Notes: generated by a model from the letters alone, not told the origin. DNA of 64,000 nucleotides from an uncultured Chloroflexia bacterium (GCA_963721545.1 CAVRKB010000005.1:1432-65431), one strand, 5' to 3'; counted from the first letter of the stretch, positions 16,901-27,181 are shown. Numbers and translations: made by a program.

Positions 16901-17317
16901 CGCCGACTCCGATTCCGCATCGGCCGGAGCCGGGAGGTCCGGGAAGCTATGGCGCAGCTCCGGGAGCATCTGGGCGATATCCCGCGCACCTGACCCCAGC
17001 TGTCGTCGGAGCTCGTCGCGGTCGGCGGCGCGCAGGTGGGCTCGCAGCACCTGCACCCACGGCCAGTAGGCGGGTGCCCCGGCGCCATCCCAACCGCGGC
17101 CCCACAGCACCTGGTGCCCGCTCCCTCGGGCCCGTGTCGCCAGTTCGTCCGCGAGGCGACTCTTCCCGATGCCGGGCTCCCCACCGAGCAGGATGACCCG
17201 ACCTCGTCCGGATCCGGACGCATCGAGCGCTTCGAGCATCTCCGCGAGCTCGCGGTCGCGGCCGACGAACAAGGCCCCTTCGTGCATCTGCTTCCGATCC
17301 ATGGTGCTGCCCGGCAT
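13907..17317 (-). CDS. Large STAND-type ATPase (AAA_16-like P-loop + TPR-like helical repeats + conserved C-terminal module)
   Basis: Intact ~1137 aa from MPGSTMDRKQMHEGALFVGRDRELAEM (start at 17317 or 17302). Walker A is LLGGEPGIGKSRLA and Walker B is LLVILDDLHAAD. A long helical-repeat region follows. The C-terminus is FRREGEYWTLEFGADTFRVRDAKGMRHLSRLLESPGRDVHALEL plus a coiled-coil-like tail. I recognise no N-terminal effector or DNA-binding domain. Confidence 0.8.
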   Translation of the reverse strand: MPGSTMDRKQMHEGALFVGRDRELAEMLEALDASGSGRGRVILLGGEPGIGKSRLADELATRARGSGHQVLWGRGWDGAGAPAYWPWVQVLRAHLRAADRDELRRQLGSGARDIAQMLPELRHSFPDLPAPADAESESARFQLFDSTATFLRNAAAAHPLLVILDDLHAADTPSILLLRFVASQMADMPLLLVGTYRDVVLTPDHPLTAALAEVAREPITRSLVLSGLQPDAVEAFIRSTTDSVPSDHLVAAVWRETNGNPLFVSEAVRLLAAEGRLNDVADLPSLTLVVPAGVRAVIARRIENLSKGCGRVLGLGAALGPEFSLEVLRRIGDLDVDPAMDLVDEAVLAGLLLPVAGAHGRYRFSHDLVRETLYGELSPKRRARLHQRVAEVIEALYPTSIDAHLAELAFHYVKAVEGDGAATDAGEPVGPRAIDYARRAGDQAARSLAYEEADRLYRMALAGMDLTGATDERSRTEILLALGEVQARAGDFEGARVTYLLAADAARRTGAGEHLAQAALGYGGRLPWARPGRDTRLIPLLQDALVMLGGGDRRLRVFLLARLACAWRSSPDRRDDSAALSLQAVQIARELDDLATLSYALAARYWAIWWPENPAERNPIAAEMVAIVEALGDGERLVDAHLMLFMDYSEASRMTEARLAVDAVTRMAEELRQPAQLWLGVAPRSLLALIDGDFALAEELIPRMLSRRRMPSARDDELAGRMQRFLLRREQGRVGEELATVRASVDDFPWYPLHRAALACLLADIGRDVEAREVFDEMSRDEFRMFYRDSEWLFGISIAAESCALLGDVEAAATLYGQLEPFAGRHAIGHAEGSVGAVDRYLGLLAATLGRLDDAERHLAAAVELNEALGARPWTAHAQHDLAELLRRRGAPGDPARAEALDRAARDTAVALGMALAERITAVADQTMVPTTAPSPVTLGSIESATFRREGEYWTLEFGADTFRVRDAKGMRHLSRLLESPGRDVHALELARFEAPVSEQRGVVDPSMTDMRGSDDAGPLLDAEAKAAYRERLRELQQELAQAEAWNDPERAARLQEESDALTHELAAALGLGGRDRVASSAAERARISVTRAIRSSLTRIGEHSDGLSAHLDATIRTGTFCSYTPDPRAPITWRL

Positions 17318-17480
17318 CGAAGCATACCGGCGCGATTCGGCGCGCGGATCGATGTTCGGTGTCGTGACATCGGGCTGAACAGTCGTTCCGTCCGTTCTCA
17401 CGCCTGAGGGGCAGAGGCACCCGCCGCAAGGTCCGACTCCCGGACCGCAACCATCGGCGGGGCGGAACGGGAGGATCGTG

Positions 17481-17927
17481 ATGGATCTGGCACACAGCAA
17501 CAGCAGCGCACTGGAGATCGGCGATGCAGGCGCGACCGGTGCCGGCCGAGCGAGGTTCGTGGCGGGCATCATGATCGTCGTCGCTGTCACGGCGCTCGTC
17601 GCGACCGCAGTGATCGCCGAGTCCCGTGGCAGCATCGGCCCGGCCACCCAGACCGATCCGCTCGTCGGACCGGCAGCCATCGAGTTCCGGGCCGGCGAGC
17701 ACGGCCTGACCAGCACCCAGACCGATCCGCTCGTCGGACCGGCAGCCATCGAGTTCCGGGCCGGCGAGCACGGCCTGACCGGGACCCAGGCCGATCCGCT
17801 CGTCGGACCGGCAGCCATCGAGTTCCGGGCCGGCGAGCACGGCCTGACCGGGACCCAGGCCGATCCGCTCGTCGGACCGGCAGCCATCGAGTTCCGGGCC
17901 GGCGAGCACGAGGGCGCCGCCCGGTAG
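17481..17927 (+). CDS. Small single-pass membrane protein with four tandem 23-aa repeats (TQxDPLVGPAAIEFRAGEHGLTx)
   Basis: GGGAGGA at 17469-17475 lies 5 nt before the ATG at 17481. The TM segment is FVAGIMIVVAVTALVATAVIA. About 3.8 near-identical 23-aa units then follow. The gene is divergent from the large ATPase. Confidence 0.55.
   Translation: MDLAHSNSSALEIGDAGATGAGRARFVAGIMIVVAVTALVATAVIAESRGSIGPATQTDPLVGPAAIEFRAGEHGLTSTQTDPLVGPAAIEFRAGEHGLTGTQADPLVGPAAIEFRAGEHGLTGTQADPLVGPAAIEFRAGEHEGAAR
17646..17909. repeat. 69-bp tandem repeat, about 3.8 copies (coding repeat of the small membrane protein)
   Basis: Units start at 17646, 17715, 17784 and 17853 (ACCCAGACCGATCCGCTCGTCGGACCGGCAGCCATCGAGTTCCGGGCCGGCGAGCACGGCCTGACC...). 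Only a few substitutions separate the units. Confidence 0.9.
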
Positions 17928-18015
17928 GACGAGCATCGAATCCCCACTCCCCGTCAACGCCCGAGGATGCGAATCCTCGGGCGTTGTCACGCCCTCCGCG
18001 CGACCTACCCTGGGA

Positions 18016-19646
18016 TCAGGCCTGCGGTCGACCGCCGTGGCGGGCGAGACGCTCACCGGGCATCACGGTGCCTGCGTTCGACGGGCGTGGCTGGCCGTAG
18101 CCGCCGCCGCGACCGTCGGATCGCGTAGGCCCGTCGCCTCCGGTCCGCGGACCGGAGCGCTGACCACCCGAGGCCGGACGCGGGCCGGCGCCATTGCCGA
18201 TGCCCTGGCCGGGTCGCCGCGGGCCGGCGAAGCCGGCACCACGATGGCCGGGTCGCGAGCCGCCCGGGCGTGACCCGCTGCCGGGCCGCGGTCCCGCTCC
18301 GTGCCGTGGAGCGCCGGCCCCCGCCGGAACTCCAGCTGGGCGCGGGGCTCCGACCGGACGCGGCGCGCCCACGGTCGAGGACCGCCGCCGGCACGGGGCG
18401 CTCCGCCGTGGCGGGGCGCACCCGCGTGTCGTGGGGCACCCGCTCCGGACCGGCCCTGCGGGCGCGCTCCGCCGAGACCGCCGCGCAGGATCGGCTCCGG
18501 CCGGATCCGCGGATCGGGCTCGAAGCCCGGGATCGTCTCGCGCGGGATGCCGCGACCGAGGACCTGCTCGATCTCGGACAGCAGTCGCAGCTCGTCGACG
18601 CAGACCAGCGAGACGGCGTCGCCGTCGACCCCGGCCCGGCCGGTCCGGCCGATCCGGTGGACGTAGTCCTCGGGGACCATCGGCAGCTCGAAGTTGACGA
18701 CGTGCGGCAGCGCCTCGATGTCGAGGCCGCGGGCAGCGACCTCGGTCGCGACCAGGACCGTGAACCGGCCGGCCTTGAAGTCGGCCAGCGCGCGGACGCG
18801 CTGCGGCTGGCTCTTGTTGCCGTGGATCGCGGTCGCCGTGATGCCGTCGCCCTCGAGCTGCTTGGCGAGCCGGTTGGCGCCGTGCTTGGTGCGGGTGAAG
18901 ACGAGCGCCTGCTCGATCCGGCCGGTGGCGATCAGGTGGCTGAGCAGCTCGCGCTTGCGCTCGCGGTCGACCATGTGGACGACCTGGGTGACCAGCTCGG
19001 TCGGCGTGTTGCGCGGCGTGACCTGGACGGCCGCCGGGTCGTCGAGCAGCCCGTCGGCGAGGCGCCGGATCTCGGCCGAGAAGGTCGCCGAGAACAGCAG
19101 GTTCTGCCGACGCGCCGGGAGGACCGCGAGGATCTTGCGGATGTCGCGGATGAAGCCCATGTCGAGCATCCGGTCGGCCTCGTCGAGGACGAGGATCTCG
19201 ACCCGCGACAGGTCGATCGTGCGCTGGCCGAGGTGGTCGAGCAGGCGGCCGGGCGTCGCGACGACGATCTCCGGACCGGCGCGCAGGGCGCGGACCTGGG
19301 GATCGAAGCCGACGCCGCCGTAGATCGTCGTCGACCGGATCGGGTTGCCGACGCCGTACGTACGGACGCTTTCCTCGACCTGGAGTGCGAGCTCGCGGGT
19401 CGGGGTCAGGATCAGCGCGCGGACGGCCCGCGGGCCACCGGCGGGGCGCGACGCGTGGAGCAGCTGGAGCATCGGCAGCACGAAGGCCGCCGTCTTGCCG
19501 GTGCCGGTCTGGGCGCCGGCGAGCACGTCGCGACCGGCGAGGACGAGCGGGATCGCCTTGGTCTGGACGGGGGTTGGATCCGTGTAGCCCTGCTGGGCCA
19601 CGGCACGGAGGAGCTCGGGCGACAGCCCGAGACGATCGAAGGACAT
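18016..19646 (-). CDS. rhlE: DEAD-box ATP-dependent RNA helicase with Arg/Gly-rich C-terminal tail
   Basis: The motifs present are the Q motif, [25 protein letters not shown] and [10 protein letters not shown]. The tail reads plausibly in two frames (stop at 18063 as given, or at 18016 after a probable frame change near 18370-18400). The second frame gives an [12 protein letters not shown]-type tail. Confidence 0.88.
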
Positions 19647-19827
19647 TGGAGGAGACGCTCCTGACGAGGGCCCTCCCGCGTGAGCGGGGCCCGGTCAGGG
19701 CGTAGGTGTTGGATCGGGGTCGAACGGTGATGAACCGGGGCGCTGACCGGAGCGCCCATCGAGCACGAAGGCGCGAAGCATAGCCGATGTCGGCCTTCTC
19801 CGCCTCCTGGCCAGTGGCGCCCGGGCC

Positions 19828-20217
19828 CTAGTCCTTGCGTTCGAGGATCGGGCGGGCCGTCTCCGGGTCGTCGACGACGAACGCGAACGTCGCCCGATCG
19901 CCCCAGCGGCCGAGGAACAGGTGGCCGTAGATGTTCACGTCGGCATCGGCCAGCGCGCGCGCAAGGCGGGCCATCCCGCCCGGCCGGTCGTCGACCTCGG
20001 CGAGGATCGATTCGCCCTCGATGTAGGTGTAGCCGCGCTCGTCGAGGACGGCCTTGGTCGTGTCGTCGTCGGCGGTCGTCATGATCACGTGGCCGCTGTC
20101 GCCGATGCTCCCGCCGCCGATCGCCCGGAGGTCCACGCCGCGCGCGGCGAGCGCCTCGGCCAGCGTCGCCATCGCCCCGGGCTCGTTCTTCAGCTGGACG
20201 ACGAACTGCTTGGCCAT
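19828..20217 (-). CDS. ACT-domain protein
   Basis: MAKQFVVQLKNEPGAMATLAEALAARGVDLRAIGG.. and a second ..EVDDRPGGMARLARALADADVNIYG.. repeat indicate a tandem ACT-like fold. The start is at 20217. Confidence 0.7.
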   Translation of the reverse strand: MAKQFVVQLKNEPGAMATLAEALAARGVDLRAIGGGSIGDSGHVIMTTADDDTTKAVLDERGYTYIEGESILAEVDDRPGGMARLARALADADVNIYGHLFLGRWGDRATFAFVVDDPETARPILERKD

Positions 20218-20333
20218 CTCGTCTCCGCGCTCGGGCGCGCCCGGTCCCACGGGCCTCGGTCCATCGTAGCGGCCGGGGTCCCGCGACGCACCCGTGGGCG
20301 ACGCACTCCGGGCGCCTGCGCTACCGTCGGGCG

Positions 20334-21223
20334 ATGACCTTCGCGCCAGAACCGCCGTCGCCGGCATCCGGAACGGCCGCGGTCGTCGCCGCGCTCGACG
20401 ACCCGAAGCCCGATCCTGGGCGCCGGACGACGACCGAGGCGGCCGGCATCCCGTTCTCTGCCCTCGAGTGGGGCGATCCGGCGGATCGGCCGCTCGTCCT
20501 GATCCACGGTGTCACCGCGTCCGCCCGGATCTGGTGGCGGATCGGACCGGCCCTCGCCGCCGGCGGGCGTCGGGTCGTGGCGGTCGACCTGCCCGGCCAC
20601 GGCCTGACCGGGCACTGGCAGGGCCACCACCGGTTCCGCGACAACGCGGCCGACGTCGCCGCCTGGATCCGGGCGAGCCGGGCTGGACGTCCCCACGGTC
20701 CAGGTCGTCGGGCACAGCTGGGGCGGGATGACCGCCGCCGCGCTGCCATGGGCCGGTGTCCGGCCCGCAACGCTCGTCCTGCTCGACCCACCGGCGATCC
20801 CGCTCGCGGCGATCGCGACGATGGCCAACGATCCGTCCGAGCAGGCCTACGCGGACCTCGACGCGGCCATCGCGGGCGTGGCCGCGGCCAACCCCGCCTG
20901 GCCCCCGGGTGACGTCCGGGCCAAGGCCGAGGCCCTCGTCGAGCTCGACGTCGCCGCCGCTCGGGCGGTCGTGCTCGACAACGGCGACTGGGACGGTGGC
21001 CTGGCGGACCTCGCCGACCCGGCCGCCGCCGGCATCGACACCTGGCTCGTCCGCGGGGACCCGGCGGCCGGCGGGCTCGTCCCGGACGCGGCCGTGCCGT
21101 GTGTTCGTCGCCCGGCTCGGGCGCGACCACGTCCTCACGATCGCGGGGGCGCCACACGCCCCGCAGCGGACGCACCCGGCGCAGACGACGGCGGCGCTCC
21201 TGGCCGCGCTCGGCCAGCCCTAG
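20334..21223 (+). pseudogene. Alpha/beta-fold hydrolase; about 2 frame changes
   Basis: ..DRPLVLIHGVTASARIWWRIGPALAAGGRRVVAVDLPGHG.. is in one frame. The nucleophile elbow VVGHSWGG is in ORF 20728.. frame. The C-terminus ..LTIAGAPHAPQRTHPAQTTAALLAALGQP* is in ORF 20756..21223. Confidence 0.7.
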
Positions 21224-22716
21224 CCGGCGCGCAGGGCGATCGCCCGCCGGTACGCCTCGACGTAGCGCGGCGCGGAGCCCGTGACCCAGTCGAAGTCGAC
21301 CGCCATCCCGCGATCGAGCAGCCCCTCCCACGGCGGGCCCGCCCGCCGCGCGCAGGCGGATCGCGCGCATCGCACGCGCCGAGCAGGCCGTCGACGCGTC
21401 GGCGCCGTGAACGCGAAGCCGGTGCCCGCGCCCGGGTGCGTCGTCTCGTCGACGACCGTGTCGGCCAGGCCGCCGACGCGGTGGACGATCGGCGGCGTTC
21501 CGTAGCGCAGCGCGATCATCTGGCCCTGACCGCACGGCTCGAAGCGCGACGGCATCGCGAAGAAGTCGGCGCCGGCGTAGATCCGGCGCGCCATGACCCG
21601 GTCGAAGCGCTCGATGAACGCGACCCGGTCCGGGCGTGCCCGCGGCGATCGCCCGGAACGGATCGGCCAGCGCATGGGTGGCCGCTGCCCTGGACGACGA
21701 GCCGGACGCCGCGCTTGAGCAGGGCCGGCGCCGCCGCCGGCGAGCAGGTCGAAGCCCTTCTGCGGGTCGAGCCGGCCGATCATCCCGATGACCGGTCCCG
21801 GGTCGGCCGGCGTCGAACCCGATGCGGCGTCAGCAGGTCGGCCCGGCAGGCCGCCTTGCCGGTCCGGTCGCTCGCGCGAGTACGGCGCGGCCGAGTCCGC
21901 GTCGGTCGCCGGGTCCCAGACCGTCGGTGTCGAGGCCGTTGAGGATCCCGAAGAACCGGTCGCCCTTGGCGCGCAAGGCGCCGTCGAGGCCCATCCCGAA
22001 GTCGGGCGTCAGCGCCTCGGCCGCGAACCCGGGCGAGACCGTGTTGACCAGCTCGGCGCGCTCGATGCCCGGCCAGCAGCAGGTCGACCCGTCGGCGTCG
22101 CGCGGGACCACGCCGTCGCCCGGCGCCAGCCCGAGCTGGCCGACGGCTCGGCGCGGGGCGTCCAGCCGTGGTAGGCGAGGTTGTGGAGGGTCAGCAGCAT
22201 CGCGGCGCCCGCCGACGATCGGGTCGTCCGCGTAGCGGGCGTCGCGCTAGATGGCCGCCGGGCCGGTGTGCCAGTCGTGGAGGTGGAGGACGTCGAGCGG
22301 GCGGCCGTCCGCGCGGAGCGCCTCCAGCGCCGCCCGGCAGAACAGCCCGAAGCGCCACGCGTTGTCCGGGTAGTCGCCCGTCGCGTCGCCGTAGAAGCCC
22401 GTCGCGATCGAAGGCCGCCGGGTGGTCGACCAGGCGCAGCCGATAGCCGTCGCGCCGGCGACGTCGAGGACGGTCACCGTCGCTCGTTGCCCGACGCGCG
22501 CGCGCGGATCCGGGACACGCAGGATGGTCGTGCGCTCGACGCGTCGCCGGCTCGGGCACGCCGCGGTAGCGCGGCAGGAAGACGTCGACCGGCGCCGTCG
22601 ATCGCGCCGCCCAGCTCGCCGAGCGCGCGCGCCAGCGCGTCGACGACATCGGCCAGGCCGCCGGTCTTGGCCCACGGCTCGCACTCGGAGGCGAGCATCG
22701 CGACGCGCATCGGCAT
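21220..22716 (-). pseudogene. glgA: Glycogen synthase (GT5); at least 5 frame changes
   Basis: The N-terminus MRVAMLASECEPWAKTGGLADVV carries the KTGGL motif. Fragments include ..LHLHDWHTGPA.., ..MLLTLHNLAYHGW.. and the C-terminal ..FFAMPSRFEPCGQGQMIALRYGTPPIVHRVGGLADTV... These lie in different frames. Confidence 0.8.
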
Positions 22717-22828
22717 GCTGCGGCATCGTACGCGCCGCCGGCGGCGCGCGTCGGCGGCACGTGGCGCACGCCACGCGTCGCTAAACCGGTTCACATGCGC
22801 GCTGTCGACCGGGTATGATGCCGCGCGC

Positions 22829-25016
22829 ATGGACCCCGTCCGCGTCCCCTCCATCCCGGCCGCGAGCTTCCCGCTCCCACCCCGGCTCGAAGGCCTGCGG
22901 CGCCTGGCCTACAACCTCCACTGGGCGTGGCATCCCCGGACGCGCGGCCTGTTCAGCCTCATCGACCGGACGGCGTGGACGCGCTACCGGAACCCGATCC
23001 CGGTCATCAGCGGCCCGACCGACTGGTCGCGCCTGCTCGACGACGCCGAGTTCCTGGCCGAGTACCACGACGTCCTGGCCGAGTTCGACGGCTACATGGC
23101 CAACGGCGCGGGCCACTGGTTCCAGCGCCGCTACGGCGACGCAGCTCGAGCGGCCCGATCGCCTACTTCTGCGCCGAATACGGCCTCCACGAGTCGCTCG
23201 GGATCTACTCGGGCGGCCTCGGCGTCCTCGCCGGCGACCACATGAAGACGGCCAGCGACATGGCCCTGCCGGCGATCGGCGTCGGGCTGCTGTACCGCAA
23301 GGGCTACTTCCGCCAGGCGATCGATGCCGACGGCCACCAGGAGCACGACTACCCCGACTACGACCTGAGCCGCCTGCCGCTCGGCCGCGTCCAGGACGCG
23401 TCGGGGCTGCCGCTGACGGTGACCGTCGAGCTGCCCGGGCGCGACCTGTCGGTCGCCGTGTGGCTCGCCCAGGTCGGGCGCGTGCCGGTCCTGCTGCTCG
23501 ACACGGACCTGCCCGAGAACGCCGACTCGGACCGGCCGATCACCAACATCCTGTACGTCCGCGGCCGCGAGATGCGCCTCCACCAGGAGCTCGTCCTCGG
23601 GCATCGGCGGCGTCCGCGCGATCCGGGCGCTCGGGCCTCGCCCCGGCGGTCTGGCACCTCAACGAGGGCCACTCGGCGTTCCTGCTCGCCGAGCGTGCCC
23701 GCGAGCACGTGGCGGCCGGGCATCGACGCTCGACGACGCCTGGGCGACGGTCCGGCGCGACAGCGTGTTCACCATCCACACGCCGGTCTCGGCCGGCAAC
23801 GAGCGGTTCGATGCCGACCTCGTCCGCCGCGTCGCCGGGCCCGCTGCTCGACGCGCGGCGGCGTGCCCGGTCGACGACGTCCTCGAGCTCGGGCTCGGCG
23901 TCGACGAGCGACCCCGACCAGTTCGACATGACCGCGTTCTCGCTGCGCCTGACCCGCGGCGCGAACGCGGTCAGCCAGCTCCACGCCGAGACCGCCAACG
24001 CGACCTGGAGCGGCATCATCGACCACCCGATCCTGGGCATCACCAACGGGATCCACGGCCCGACCTGGATCGGCGAGCCGATCGCCGAGCTGCTCGAGGA
24101 CCTCGGCGCCGACCTCGACGACCTCGACGCGACGCACCGAGGCCGGCCGGTTCTGGGAACGCCTCGAGCGCATCCCGGCGCGCGACCTGTGGGACGCCCA
24201 CCTCCGCCAGAAGCGCGAGCTCGCCCACTTCGCCCGGCGGCCGGCTGCGCAGCCAGTTCGCCCGGCACGGCGAGGCGCCCGTCGGTCCTGGCCGAGCTCG
24301 AGACGCGCGCTCGACCCGGACGTCCTGACGATCGGCTTCGCCCGCCGCTTCGCGACCTACAAGCGGGCCGGCCTGCTGTTCAGCGACATCGATCGGCTGG
24401 CCCGCGATGCTGTGCCGACGCCGAGCGCCCGGTCCAGATCGTCTTCGCCGGCAAGGCCCACCCGGCCGACCGCCCCGGCCAGCGGGTCATCCAGGAGATC
24501 TTCCAGCGCTCGCGCTCGCCGCAGCTCCGCGGCCGCGTGTTCATCCTCGAGGACTACGACATGCGCGTCGGCGCGCTTCCTCGTGCAGGGCGTCGACGTC
24601 TGGCTCAACAACCCGCGCCGGCCGCTCGAGGCGTCGGGCACGTCGGGCATGAAGGCCGCCCAGAACGGCGTCCCCAACGTCAGCGTGCTCGACGGCTGGT
24701 GGGACGAGGGCTACGAGGGCGACAACGGCTGGGCGATCGGCGGCCGCGAGTCCGACCCCGACGAGGCCGCCCAGGACTGGCGCGACGCGCAGGACCTGTA
24801 CCGGATCCTCGAGGAGGAGATCGTGCCCGCGCTACTACGAGCGCGACGCGGACGGGCCTGCCGCACGCGCTGGCTCGAGCGTCATGCGCCGGGCGATGGC
24901 GACGCGCGCTGTGGCAGTTCTCGACGACGCGGATGCTCCACGAGTACACGGAGCAGCTCTACCTGCCGGCCGCCGGCGTGCCGGTCGTCGAGCGCCGACG
25001 ACCGCTCCGCTCGTGA
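22829..25016 (+). pseudogene. glgP: Alpha-glucan (glycogen/maltodextrin) phosphorylase, GT35; at least 10 frame changes
   Basis: The gene starts MDPVRVPSIP..LAYNLHWAWHP... It continues YFCAEYGLHESLGIYSGGLGVLAGDH.., WHLNEGHSAFL.. and VFTIHTPVSAGNE... It ends with the PLP site EASGTSGMKAAQNG and ..TRMLHEYTEQLYLPA. The pieces alternate between all three frames. Confidence 0.85.
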
Positions 25017-25039
25017 CCGAAGCCGGCTAGCGCGCCGCG

Positions 25040-27181
25040 ATGGCGCCGCGCATCTCGCTCGCGCTCGCGATCCACAACCACCAGCCGGTCGGCAACTTCG
25101 GCTGGGTCTTCGCCGAGGTCTACGACCACGCCTACGAGCCGATGGTCGAGGCGCTCGAGCGGCATCCCGACGTCCGCCTGTCGCTCCACTACACCGGGCC
25201 GCTGCTCGAGTGGCTGCGCGCCGAGCGGCCCGAGTTCATCGCCCGCCTCGCGCGCGCTCGTCGACGCGCGACCAGGTCGAGATCCTGGGCGGCGGCTACT
25301 ACGAGCCGGTCCTCGCCTCGCTGCCGGAGCGCGACCGGATCGGCCAGCTGCGCCGGATGGGCGACGAGCTCGAGGCGCTGTTCGGGCGGCGCCCGAGCGG
25401 CGCCTGGCTGGCCGAGCGCGTCTGGGAGCCGGACCTGCCGACGTCGCTGGTCGCCGCCGGCTACGACTGGACGATCCTCGACGACGCCCACTTCCGCGCC
25501 GCGGCGATCCCCGAGGAGGACCTGTGGGGCCCGTACACGACCGAGGACCAGGGCCAGCTCCTGCGCGTCTTCGGGACCGAGCAGGGCCTCCGCTACCGGA
25601 TCCCGTTCCGCGACGTCGACGAGGTCATCGACTACCTGCGCGAGCACGCCACCGAGGACGGCGAGCGGGTCGGGATGATGGGCGACGACGGCGAGAAGTT
25701 CGGGGCGTGGCCGACGACCTGGGAGCACTGCTGGGGCGAGCGCCGCTGGGTCGACCGGTTCTTCGAGGCGCTCGAGGCGAACGCCGACTGGCTGACCACG
25801 ACGACCCCGTCGGCCTGGCTCGCCGACCACGCGCCCGATCGGGCGCGTCTACGTCCCGACCGGCTCGTACGCCGAGATGGGCGAATGGGCGCTGCCGCCC
25901 GAGGAGAGCCTGCGCCTTCGCGACGGCCCTCCACGCGCGCCGTGGCCGAGCACGCGCCCGAGGCGCGCTGGCTGCGCGGCGCGTTCTGGCGCAACTTCCA
26001 GGTCCGCTACCGCGAGATCAACGACCTCCACAAGCAGATGCTGCGGACGTCGGCCAAGGTCGACGCGATGCCCGACGGCGACGACGCGGACGCGCGCCCT
26101 CGACCACCTCTACCGGGGCCAGTCGAACGACTGCTACTGGCACGGCCTGTTCGGCGGGATCTACATCGGCCACATGCGGCTGGCGACGCTCGAGCACCTG
26201 ATCGCCGCCGAGGACCTCGCCGACGCCGGGCGCCGGCACGGCTGCACGCAGCCGAGCGGCGCGACCTCGACCTCGACGGCCACGACGAGGTCCGCCTGGC
26301 GGGCCCCGGCCAGGTCGTGACGATCGACCTGGACGAGGGCGCCGGCATCGGCGGCTGGGATATCCGGGCCGTCCGCCACGCGCTCGGCGCGGTGATGCGC
26401 CGCCGGCCCGAGGCCTACCACGAGACGCTGCGCGAGCACGACGCGGCCGGCCGCGAACCCGGCGCCGCGCCGGCGACGGCGGACGCCCCGACCTCGATCC
26501 ACGAGATCGTCCTGGTCAAGGAGCCGGGCCTCGCCGAGCGGCTCCACTACGACCCGTACGAGCGCCGTTCCGGGCTGGTCCGCTTCCTGCCGCCCGGCGA
26601 CGACCGCGGAGGCCTGGGCGACCGCCGCGGCCGTCGAGCTCGGCGACGCCGTCGAGGGCGCGTTCGAGATCGTGACGCTCGACGCCGGACCGGCTCGTCG
26701 TCGACGCGCGACGGCGACGGTGTCATCGAGCCGCGACGGCGCCGGCGGCGATCCGGGTGATCAAGGACGCTCACGCTCGGCGGCGACCGGCGGTCGCCGA
26801 CCCTGGAGCTGGCGGTCACGGTCGACGAACCGCTCGGAGCGAGCCGCTCGACGCGCATCCTCGGCATCGAGTGGACGCTCACGATGCTCGGCGGCGGCGG
26901 CAACCCGGCGGCCTGGTGGAGGTCGATGGCGCGCGCGACCAGCCACGACGCGGCGCGGCACGGCGACGGGCATGACCGACGTTCGCCCAGGGCAACGACT
27001 AGGTCGGGATCGCGGTCGACGACCACCGTCTCCGAGCCGGCCGACGTGTGGTGGGCGCCGGTCGAGACGGTCTCGAACTCGGAGGCCGGCTTCGAGCGCG
27101 TCTACCAGGGCGCCGGGCTGCTCCTGTCCTGGCCGCTGCGACTCGCCGGCCGGCGCCTCGACGCTGACCGTCGGCACGTGA
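25040..27181 (+). pseudogene. GH57-family alpha-amylase/4-alpha-glucanotransferase-like protein (with DUF1925/1926-type C-terminal region); several frame changes; 3' end uncertain
   Basis: The gene starts MAPRISLALAIHNHQPVGNFGWVFAEVY... It continues ..EILGGGYYEPVLASLPERD.. and ..WLAERVWEPDLPTSLVAAGYDWTILDD... It also includes ..GDDGEKFGAWPTTWEHCW.. and later ..HGLFGGIYIGHMRLA... The pieces are spread over frames. Confidence 0.75.

Noticed and set aside
17646-17909. The 69-bp tandem repeat as a CRISPR array or non-coding satellite
   Set aside because: The units are directly adjacent with no spacers. The period is a multiple of three and in frame with an SD-preceded ORF. No cas genes are present.
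17318-17947. N-terminal ~215 aa of the 1346-aa ORF 13907..17947, including the repeated PARNSMAAGPTSGS[AV]WV.VRPCS units, as part of the ATPase
   Set aside because: - The extension is Cys/Pro/Arg-rich and not protein-like.
- It is simply the antisense reading of the 69-bp repeat.
- The ATPase family normally starts about 30 aa before the P-loop (Met at 17317 or 17302).
- The plus-strand gene has a proper SD and a TM segment.
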